The position numbers and the translations under genes were made by a program. The notes beneath the pieces were generated by a model that saw nothing but the letters and a program-made list of their open reading frames with translations, was not told the origin of the DNA and searched no databases. This document shows, piece after piece, positions 9,544-17,346 of a stretch of 32,000 bases of DNA. Location of the stretch: assembly GCF_000195955.2 (NCBI RefSeq), contig NC_000962.3, positions 2,100,001 to 2,132,000 of the forward strand, given 5' to 3'. The stretch comes from Mycobacterium tuberculosis H37Rv. Its GTDB lineage: Bacteria; Actinomycetota; Actinomycetes; Mycobacteriales; Mycobacteriaceae. Each line of letters opens with the position of its first letter. The stretch's first letter is position 1.

Positions 9544-10584
9544 ATGGTCTCACCGGCGACCACGGCGACGATGAGTGCGTGGCAGGTGCGTCGGCCCGGC
9601 CCGATGGACACCGGCCCGCTCGAACGAGTGACCACCCGGGTGCCGCGCCCGGCGCCATCGGAGTTGCTGGTGGCCGTGCACGCATGCGGGGTGTGCCGCA
9701 CCGATCTCCACGTGACCGAAGGTGACCTGCCCGTGCACCGCGAACGGGTGATTCCCGGCCACGAGGTAGTGGGAGAGGTCATTGAGGTGGGCTCAGCGGT
9801 GGGCGCGGCTGCCGGTGGCGAATTCGACCGAGGAGACCGGGTGGGTATCGCCTGGCTGCGTCACACTTGCGGGGTCTGCAAGTACTGCCGGCGCGGCAGC
9901 GAGAACCTCTGCCCGCAATCCCGCTACACCGGCTGGGACGCCGACGGGGGATACGCCGAATTCACGACGGTTCCTGCGGCTTTCGCGCACCATCTGCCGA
10001 GCGGCTATAGCGACAGCGAGCTGGCGCCGTTGTTGTGCGCCGGCATCATCGGATATCGATCGCTGCTGCGCACCGAGCTACCACCCGGTGGCCGGCTGGG
10101 TCTCTACGGATTCGGCGGCAGTGCCCACATCACCGCCCAGGTCGCGTTGGCGCAAGGCGCCGAAATACATGTGATGACACGCGGGGCCCGCGCGCGCAAG
10201 CTGGCGCTGCAACTTGGCGCTGCATCGGCTCAGGACGCCGCCGACCGGCCACCCGTGCCGCTGGACGCCGCGATCTTATTCGCCCCGGTCGGGGATCTGG
10301 TGCTGCCCGCGCTGGAAGCGCTGGACCGTGGCGGCATCTTGGCGATCGCCGGGATCCACCTGACAGATATTCCGGACCTGAACTACCAGCAGCACTTGTT
10401 CCAGGAGCGTCAGATCCGGTCGGTCACGTCGAACACCCGCGCCGATGCGCGCGCGTTCTTCGACTTCGCCGCCCAGCATCACATCGAGGTCACCACGCCG
10501 GAGTACCCGCTTGGCCAAGCCGATCGTGCGCTGGGCGACCTGAGCGCCGGCCGCATCGCCGGTGCCGCCGTGCTGCTGATCTGA
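9544..10584 (+). CDS. adhA: Zinc-dependent alcohol dehydrogenase, 346 aa
   Basis: [21 protein letters not shown]-x2-C-x2-C-x7-C zinc cluster ([15 protein letters not shown]), [13 protein letters not shown] motif. Confidence 0.94.
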
Positions 10585-10590
10585 CCGAGC

Positions 10591-11361
10591 TCAGGTCGAC
10601 AGGTGCCAGACCAGGGCAGCGGCCAGGGCACCCATCCCGTTCAGCGACCAATGCAGTGCGATCGGTGCGATCAGGCTGCCGCTGCGCCGTCGCAGCCAGC
10701 TGAACACGAATCCGGCCACTCCGGTGGCCAACACCGCCAGCATGACACCGGCCACCAGCCCGATGATCCCGCCACCGAACAGTCGAGTGAAGCCGACATT
10801 GCTGCTCGTGAGCCCCAGCGACGTCGCAATATGCCACAGACCGAACAGCACCGAACCCGCCACCGCGACACCCCGGAATCCCCAAGCCCGATTCAGCGCC
10901 CCATGCAACACACCGCGGAAGGCCAGCTCTTCGGGGATGACGGTTTGCAGCGGGATCATGACCATCGAGGCGATCACCGCGCCGGAGATCGTCGCGTAGT
11001 GATGGTTCATGAACATCGGCCGGGTTATCGGCAGCAGGACACCTACCGAGATCACCGCCACCACCAGGGCAACGGCCGCTAGCGCATAGACGAGCCCGGA
11101 TTTCCAGTGTTGGCGGCTCAGTCCGAGTTCAGCCCAGCCCAGGCCTCTACTCCGCACCAAGATCACCAGTCCGACCGCGGCGGCCGGGACGGTGGCGATG
11201 CTCGCCCACGGTGTGGTGAAATGCGCGATCAGGTTCGTCAGTACCAGCACCAGGACGACGACGGCGATGTCGACATATATCCGGAACCGGTGCATCACCG
11301 AGAGGTGCGACACCAGTGGACCTGGATGAACGGCTGCGCAAGCAGTCAAGTGGTCAGACAT
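10591..11361 (-). CDS. CPBP/CAAX-family intramembrane protease-like membrane protein, 256 aa
   Basis: Multi-TM protein with EExxxR motif (PEELAFRGVLHGAL), FGLWH and HWSLNG motifs. Confidence 0.88.
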   Translation of the reverse strand: MSDHLTACAAVHPGPLVSHLSVMHRFRIYVDIAVVVLVLVLTNLIAHFTTPWASIATVPAAAVGLVILVRSRGLGWAELGLSRQHWKSGLVYALAAVALVVAVISVGVLLPITRPMFMNHHYATISGAVIASMVMIPLQTVIPEELAFRGVLHGALNRAWGFRGVAVAGSVLFGLWHIATSLGLTSSNVGFTRLFGGGIIGLVAGVMLAVLATGVAGFVFSWLRRRSGSLIAPIALHWSLNGMGALAAALVWHLST

Positions 11362-12109
11362 CGTCAGCAGAGTCTACCGGCGGAGGGCTCGGTGTCCGCT
11401 CTCGCGCGTAGGCCTTGAGCTCGGCTGCGAGCGCGTCTGCCGCCAACAGCTGGGGAAGCAGCTCCGATTCAGAGGTTCGGGCGCGAAACACGAGCCCGAC
11501 GGTCACGTTGTGCTCAGGGCGGTAATCGACGGTGATTGTGTCGCCGGCGCGCACTGTTCCGGGAGCGATCACCCGTAGGTAGGCGCCTGGTTTGGCGGCC
11601 CGGGTGAAGGTCTTGATCCAATAACGCAAATCCAGGAAGGCCGCGAAGGTCCGGCACGGGATCCGGGGCGCCGAGACTTCCAACACCAATCCGTCGGAGC
11701 CGATGCGCCAGCGTTCACCAATCCGCGCGTACGTCACGTCGACGCCCGAGGTGGTCAGATTCTCGCCGAACATTCCGTTGTGAAGGGTGCGGTGAAGCTG
11801 GGTTTCCCACGCGTCGAGGTCTTCTCGCGCATACGCATAGACGGCCTGATCATCACCGCCATGGAGCTTCGGGTTGCCGACGGTGTCGCCAACCAGGCCG
11901 CTGCCGACACCCGCATGCATCGACCCGGGTGCCCGCACCATGACCGCCTCAGATGCCGCCACTTTGTCGATTCCGGTCAACTTCGACTGCGCGCGCGGAT
12001 CAGGGTTCGCCCGAACACGAGCCAGGTTGACCGACAACACATGCGCCACCCGCACAGGGTAGCTCTGACGCGCGTTGGTCCACGCCAGCCGGCGCGGCGC
12101 AACGGTCAC
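11354..12109 (-). CDS. MOSC domain-containing protein (YiiM-like), 251 aa
   Basis: GDTVGNPKLHGGDDQAVYAYAREDLDAWE...MFGENLTTSGVDV...RIPCRTF. Confidence 0.9.
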   Translation of the reverse strand: MTVAPRRLAWTNARQSYPVRVAHVLSVNLARVRANPDPRAQSKLTGIDKVAASEAVMVRAPGSMHAGVGSGLVGDTVGNPKLHGGDDQAVYAYAREDLDAWETQLHRTLHNGMFGENLTTSGVDVTYARIGERWRIGSDGLVLEVSAPRIPCRTFAAFLDLRYWIKTFTRAAKPGAYLRVIAPGTVRAGDTITVDYRPEHNVTVGLVFRARTSESELLPQLLAADALAAELKAYARERTPSPPPVDSADDV

Positions 12110-12966
12110 TCCTCGCCGCGAGCCCGAGCCTCGTAGGTCCTGCGCTTCTCCATGTCGACATCGTCGGTGAAGACATGCTCGCCGCCGAGGAGTCGGTTCA
12201 AGCCCTCGGAAACCTGGCGCGGCATGAACCGCTGTGCCACGATCATCGAGCCAGCCGCTTTCGTGACCCGCACCCGCGGTTTGGGATGAACAATCAGCCC
12301 GACGATCGCGTCGGCGATATCGGCCGGCTCGGCGTTCTTGAATCCTTTGATCCCACCGGTGCCCGCAATGAGCTCGGTGTTGACAAACGACGGCAACACC
12401 ATCGAGAACTTCACGCCGGCCGAACGGTATTCAAGCCTGGCCGAATCGGTGAACGCGACCACCGCGTGCTTGCTGGCACAGTAAGTGGCCACGCCTACGG
12501 CGTAGATTTCCCCGGCAAGCGAGGCGACATTGATAACGTGTCCCCGCCCGCGCGGGACCATCCGCTGCGCCGCCAGCTTGCTACCCAAGATCACCCCGTA
12601 GACGTTGATGTCCAGGATTCGGCGGGTTACCGGGTCTGGTTCGTCGACAATCCGCCCCACGGGCATGATGCCGGCGTTGTTGACCAGCACGTCGATCGGG
12701 CCGAGTTGGCGCTCGACGGCGTCGAGGAATCCCGAAAACGAATCCGGGTCGGTGACATCGAGTTTGCCGTACATGTCGAGGTCGAGATCGGCACCCGACT
12801 CTTTCGCCATCGCCTCATCGATGTCGCCGATAGCGACCTTGGCTCCCAAGTTGTGCAGCGCGGCCGCTGTGGCCAATCCGATCCCCCGGGCGCCGCCGGT
12901 GATGGCGATTACTTTGTCCTGGACCTTGTCCCGGATCTTGACGCCGATGGATGTCCTGCCTGGCAC
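12106..12966 (-). CDS. Short-chain dehydrogenase/reductase, 286 aa
   Basis: AITGGARGIGLATA, NNAGIMPVG, catalytic YCASKHAVV. Confidence 0.95.
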   Translation of the reverse strand: MPGRTSIGVKIRDKVQDKVIAITGGARGIGLATAAALHNLGAKVAIGDIDEAMAKESGADLDLDMYGKLDVTDPDSFSGFLDAVERQLGPIDVLVNNAGIMPVGRIVDEPDPVTRRILDINVYGVILGSKLAAQRMVPRGRGHVINVASLAGEIYAVGVATYCASKHAVVAFTDSARLEYRSAGVKFSMVLPSFVNTELIAGTGGIKGFKNAEPADIADAIVGLIVHPKPRVRVTKAAGSMIVAQRFMPRQVSEGLNRLLGGEHVFTDDVDMEKRRTYEARARGEE

Positions 12967-13061
12967 TGTCGTCCCTTCGCTCGGCGGGCCTTAGCCGCCG
13001 TCCAATGCGGTCGCGCCCGTGTAGTCACGGTAGCCGCGAACGCCGATGAAACAGCTACGGT

Positions 13062-15476
13062 GTGCACGTGCCCGAACGATTGCTCGATGCCGTGCGTGTG
13101 CTCGACTTGTCCGACGGCTGTTCTGCTGGAGGCACCGATATGGTGACACGACTGCTCGCCGACCTGGGCGCAGACGTTCTCAAGGTGGAACCCCCCGGCG
13201 GCAGCCCAGGACGCCACGTGCGGCCCACGCTGGCCGGCACCAGCATCGGGTTCGCCATGCACAACGCGAACAAACGCAGCGCAGTGCTCAACCCGCTCGA
13301 CGAGAGCGACCGTCGGCGGTTCTTGGACCTCGCCGCCAGCGCCGACATCGTCGTCGACTGTGGTCTTCCGGGACAGGCCGCCGCGTACGGGGCATCGTGT
13401 GCCGAGTTGGCCGATCGCTACCGACACCTGGTGGCGCTGTCGATCACCGACTTTGGCGCTGCCGGTCCGCGGTCGTCATGGCGCGCGACCGATCCGGTGC
13501 TGTACGCGATGAGTGGTGCTCTCTCGCGGTCGGGCCCTACCGCCGGCACGCCGGTACTGCCGCCGGACGGTATCGCTTCGGCAACCGCAGCGGTGCAGGC
13601 AGCCTGGGCCGTACTGGTCGCCTATTTCAACCGATTACGTTGTGGTACTGGGGATTACATCGACTTCTCCCGGTTTGACGCCGTCGTTATGGCGTTGGAT
13701 CCCCCCTTCGGGGCGCACGGGCAGGTCGCAGCCGGCATCCGCAGCACCGGGCGATGGCGGGGACGGCCCAAGAACCAGGACGCTTACCCGATTTATCCGT
13801 GCCGGGACGGCTACGTACGGTTCTGCGTGATGGCGCCGCGGCAGTGGCGCGGGCTGCGCCGCTGGTTGGGGGAGCCCGAAGATTTTCAGGACCCCAAGTA
13901 CGACGTGATCGGCGCACGTTTGGCCGCATGGCCGCAGATCAGCGTGTTGGTCGCGAAGTTGTGCGCCGAGAAGACCATGAAGGAGTTGGTGGCAGCCGGC
14001 CAAGCGCTCGGGGTTCCCATTACCGCGGTGCTGACACCGTCGAGAATCCTGGCCTCCGAACACTTCCAGGCGGTGGGTGCGATCACCGATGCCGAGCTCG
14101 TTCCGGGGGTGCGCACCGGGGTGCCTACCGGATACTTCGTTGTCGACGGGAAGCGCGCCGGTTTCCGTACTCCGGCCCCCGCCGCGGGGCAGGACGAACC
14201 GCGCTGGCTCGCGGATCCAGCGCCGGTGCCCCCACCCTCAGGCCGGGTCGGCGGCTATCCATTCGAAGGTCTGCGGATTCTTGATCTGGGCATCATCGTG
14301 GCCGGCGGCGAGCTCAGCCGGCTGTTCGGCGACTTGGGCGCCGAGGTCATCAAGGTCGAAAGTGCCGACCACCCCGACGGGTTGCGGCAGACCCGAGTCG
14401 GGGATGCGATGAGTGAATCATTCGCGTGGACCCATCGCAATCACCTCGCGCTGGGCCTGGACCTGCGCAACAGCGAGGGCAAAGCGATCTTCGGTCGCCT
14501 GGTCGCTGAATCCGACGCGGTGTTCGCCAACTTCAAACCGGGAACCCTTACCTCACTTGGGTTTTCCTACGATGTACTGCACGCCTTCAACCCCCGGATC
14601 GTGCTCGCCGGGAGTAGTGCATTCGGGAACCGAGGGCCGTGGAGCACCCGGATGGGCTACGGGCCACTGGTGCGCGCCGCCACCGGGGTCACCCGTGTTT
14701 GGACATCCGATGAGGCGCAGCCGGACAACTCTCGGCATCCCTTCTACGACGCGACGACGATCTTCCCCGACCACGTTGTCGGGCGGGTCGGTGCCCTGCT
14801 CGCGCTGGCGGCCCTGATCCACCGCGATCGAACTGGCGGCGGAGCCCACGTCCACATCTCCCAGGCCGAAGTCGTCGTCAATCAGCTAGACACCATGTTC
14901 GTTGCCGAGGCCGCCCGAGCGACCGACGTTGCCGAGATCCACCCGGACACCAGTGTGCATGCGGTCTACCCTTGTGCTGGCGACGACGAATGGTGCGTCA
15001 TCTCAATCCGCTCCGACGATGAATGGCGTCGCGCGACATCTGTTTTCGGCCAGCCTGAATTGGCGAACGACCCACGCTTCGGGGCAAGCCGGTCACGCGT
15101 GGCCAACCGTTCGGAGTTGGTGGCCGCAGTGTCGGCCTGGACCAGCACCCGTACCCCGGTGCAAGCGGCCGGCGCGCTGCAGGCGGCCGGAGTTGCGGCC
15201 GGCCCGATGAATCGCCCGTCGGATATCCTCGAGGATCCCCAGCTGATCGAGCGAAACCTGTTCCGCGACATGGTGCATCCGCTGATCGCCCGTCCGCTGC
15301 CCGCCGAGACGGGTCCGGCTCCGTTTCGTCACATTCCGCAGGCACCCCAACGCCCGGCGCCGCTGCCCGGACAGGACAGCGTTCAGATCTGCCGCAAGCT
15401 GCTCGGCATGACCGCGGACGAGACCGAACGCCTAATCAACGAGCGCGTAATGTTCGGGCCGGCCGTCACTGCCTAA
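13062..15476 (+). CDS. Family III CoA-transferase with two tandem CaiB/BaiF domains (804 aa from GTG 13062; alternative ATG at 13140 gives 778 aa)
   Basis: Two copies of the family N-terminal signature: AVRVLDLSDG...LLADLGADVLKVEPPGG and GLRILDLG...LFGDLGAEVIKVESADHPDG. Confidence 0.92.
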   Translation: MHVPERLLDAVRVLDLSDGCSAGGTDMVTRLLADLGADVLKVEPPGGSPGRHVRPTLAGTSIGFAMHNANKRSAVLNPLDESDRRRFLDLAASADIVVDCGLPGQAAAYGASCAELADRYRHLVALSITDFGAAGPRSSWRATDPVLYAMSGALSRSGPTAGTPVLPPDGIASATAAVQAAWAVLVAYFNRLRCGTGDYIDFSRFDAVVMALDPPFGAHGQVAAGIRSTGRWRGRPKNQDAYPIYPCRDGYVRFCVMAPRQWRGLRRWLGEPEDFQDPKYDVIGARLAAWPQISVLVAKLCAEKTMKELVAAGQALGVPITAVLTPSRILASEHFQAVGAITDAELVPGVRTGVPTGYFVVDGKRAGFRTPAPAAGQDEPRWLADPAPVPPPSGRVGGYPFEGLRILDLGIIVAGGELSRLFGDLGAEVIKVESADHPDGLRQTRVGDAMSESFAWTHRNHLALGLDLRNSEGKAIFGRLVAESDAVFANFKPGTLTSLGFSYDVLHAFNPRIVLAGSSAFGNRGPWSTRMGYGPLVRAATGVTRVWTSDEAQPDNSRHPFYDATTIFPDHVVGRVGALLALAALIHRDRTGGGAHVHISQAEVVVNQLDTMFVAEAARATDVAEIHPDTSVHAVYPCAGDDEWCVISIRSDDEWRRATSVFGQPELANDPRFGASRSRVANRSELVAAVSAWTSTRTPVQAAGALQAAGVAAGPMNRPSDILEDPQLIERNLFRDMVHPLIARPLPAETGPAPFRHIPQAPQRPAPLPGQDSVQICRKLLGMTADETERLINERVMFGPAVTA

Positions 15477-15572
15477 GTGGTCTCGCCGGTGTCGTTCGTC
15501 GACGGTCGGCTGATTGCCCTTCCGGCTCCGAGATCGACGTTTTGCCCGCCTGTTCGTGCTTTATCTGCGAAG

Positions 15573-15594
15573 CCCCGATCTGGGCGCATCGGGG
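15573..15594 (+). terminator. Hairpin downstream of the CoA-transferase gene
   Basis: CCCCGAT-ctgggcgc-ATCGGGG, perfect 7-bp stem about 100 nt after the stop; no U-tract. Confidence 0.35.
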
Positions 15595-15763
15595 TGACGC
15601 ATTCGGGCAGCTAAAGCTTTTCGACCCGCAAGCCGGCGGTGCCCCTCCTCGTTCCGCTGCCCGGTCTGCTCGATCGGTTCGGGGTCGCCGCGCTAGGCCC
15701 AATTGCCCGGCTCCTCCTCGGGCCGTTCCACGACCCGCATCGTCGCCGGGCTAGGTTCAAGCC

Positions 15764-17248
15764 ATGCCGGTAGACCCCAGGACGCCAGTGCTGATCGGCT
15801 ATGGACAGGTCAACCACCGAGGCGACATCGACGCCGAGAAGCAGTCCATCGAACCCGTCGACCTGATGGCCGCCGCGGCCCGGAAAGCCGCGGATTCGAC
15901 GGTGCTCGAGGCGGTGGATTCGATCCGTGTGGTGCACATGCTGTCGGCGCATTACCGGAATCCCGGGCAGCTCCTCGGCGAACGAATCAAGGCGAGGACC
16001 TTCACCACCGGTTACAGCGGGGTGGGCGGCAACATGCCGCAATCCCTGGTCAACCGGGCATGCCTGGACATCCAGCGCGGGCGGGCCGGCGTGGTGCTGC
16101 TGGCTGGCGCCGAAACCTGGCGCACCCGAACGGGCCTGCGCGCCAAGGGCAGCAAACTGGAGTGGACTGTGCAGGACGAATCCGTTCCGCTGCCGGACAT
16201 GGCCGGCGACGACGTTCCGATGGCCGGTGCGGCTGAGCTGCGGATCAACCTGGACCGGCCGGCCTACGTGTACCCGATATTCGAGCAGGCGCTGCGCATC
16301 GCCTACGGCGAGTCGATCGAGAACCACCGAAAGCGGATCGGCGAGCTGTGGGCGCGGTTCAGTGCCGTAGCTGCTGACAACCCGCACGCGTGGATCCGCA
16401 ACCCGGTTACGGCTGACGAGATCTGGCAGCCCGGCCCACAGAACCGGATGGTCAGCTGGCCCTACACCAAGCTTATGAACTCCAACAACATGGTTGACCA
16501 GGGTGCCGCGCTGCTGCTGACGTCGGTCGAACGTGCGACACGTCTGCGAATACCGGCCGAACGCTGGGTTTATCCACAGGCTGGCACCGACGCCCACGAC
16601 ACACCGGCCGTCGCCGACCGCCACCGACTGCATCGGTCGACGGCCATTCGGATCGCCGGTGCCCGGGCGCTGGAACTGGCTGGGCTGGGGCTCGATGACA
16701 TCGAATACGTCGACCTGTATTCGTGCTTTCCCTCCGCTGTCCAAGTCGCCGCAATCGAACTCGGCCTGGACACCGACGATCCTGCCCGCCCGCTGACCGT
16801 CACCGGGGGCCTGACCTTCGCCGGCGGGCCGTGGAGCAATTACGTCACGCACTCCATCGCCACCATGGCTGAACTGCTGGCGGCCAATCCCGGGCGCCGA
16901 GGCCTGATCACCGCCAACGGCGGTTACCTGACCAAACACAGTTTCGGGGTCTACGGCACCGAGCCGCCGTCGGAATTCCGCTGGGAGGACATGCAACCCG
17001 CGGTCGATAGGGAGCCCACCGGAGATGGGTTGGTCGAGTGGGAAGGCATCGGCACCGTCGAAGCGTGGACCACACCAGTCAACCGGGACGGACAACCCGA
17101 GAAGGCGTTCCTGGCGGTGCGCACGCCCGACGGGTCGCGCAGCTTGGCCGTGATCACCGATCCCGCATCGGTGCAAGCAACGGTGCGCGAGGACATCGCC
17201 GGCGTCAAGGTTGCCGTCGCCCCCGACGGCACCGCGACCCTGCGATAG
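15764..17248 (+). CDS. Thiolase-superfamily (acetyl-CoA acetyltransferase-like) protein, 494 aa
   Basis: DPRTPVLIGYGQVNHR N-terminus, PQSLVNRACLDIQRGRAGVVLLAGAETW, GGLTFAGGPWSNYVTHSIATM, ITANGGYLTKHSFGVYG. Confidence 0.87.
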   Translation: MPVDPRTPVLIGYGQVNHRGDIDAEKQSIEPVDLMAAAARKAADSTVLEAVDSIRVVHMLSAHYRNPGQLLGERIKARTFTTGYSGVGGNMPQSLVNRACLDIQRGRAGVVLLAGAETWRTRTGLRAKGSKLEWTVQDESVPLPDMAGDDVPMAGAAELRINLDRPAYVYPIFEQALRIAYGESIENHRKRIGELWARFSAVAADNPHAWIRNPVTADEIWQPGPQNRMVSWPYTKLMNSNNMVDQGAALLLTSVERATRLRIPAERWVYPQAGTDAHDTPAVADRHRLHRSTAIRIAGARALELAGLGLDDIEYVDLYSCFPSAVQVAAIELGLDTDDPARPLTVTGGLTFAGGPWSNYVTHSIATMAELLAANPGRRGLITANGGYLTKHSFGVYGTEPPSEFRWEDMQPAVDREPTGDGLVEWEGIGTVEAWTTPVNRDGQPEKAFLAVRTPDGSRSLAVITDPASVQATVREDIAGVKVAVAPDGTATLR

Positions 17249-17346
17249 CCGGCGGGCAGCACGAGTCACGTTCCAGAAGCAATGGTCGCGCAAGCGACAC
17301 TGACGTGCCTATTGTCATGAGGAGACGTTGGGGGAGGTGAGGCCGG

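Noticed and set aside
9087-9782. 231 aa minus-strand ORF covering the whole 9165-9470 gene and the start of adhA
   Set aside because: Composition looks like the shadow of high-GC plus-strand genes; no recognisable domain. A transcript may still exist (see terminator finding), but I do not support a protein.
15477-15763. Possible small protein gene in the gap after the CoA-transferase (ORFs 15542..15754 + and 15466..15702 -)
   Set aside because: Both are short, Arg/Pro/Ala-rich, lack clear ribosome-binding sites or motifs; I see only the terminator-like hairpin there.
15611-17293. 560 aa minus-strand ORF opposite the thiolase-like gene
   Set aside because: Typical GC-driven antisense open frame; the plus-strand gene has coherent family motifs.
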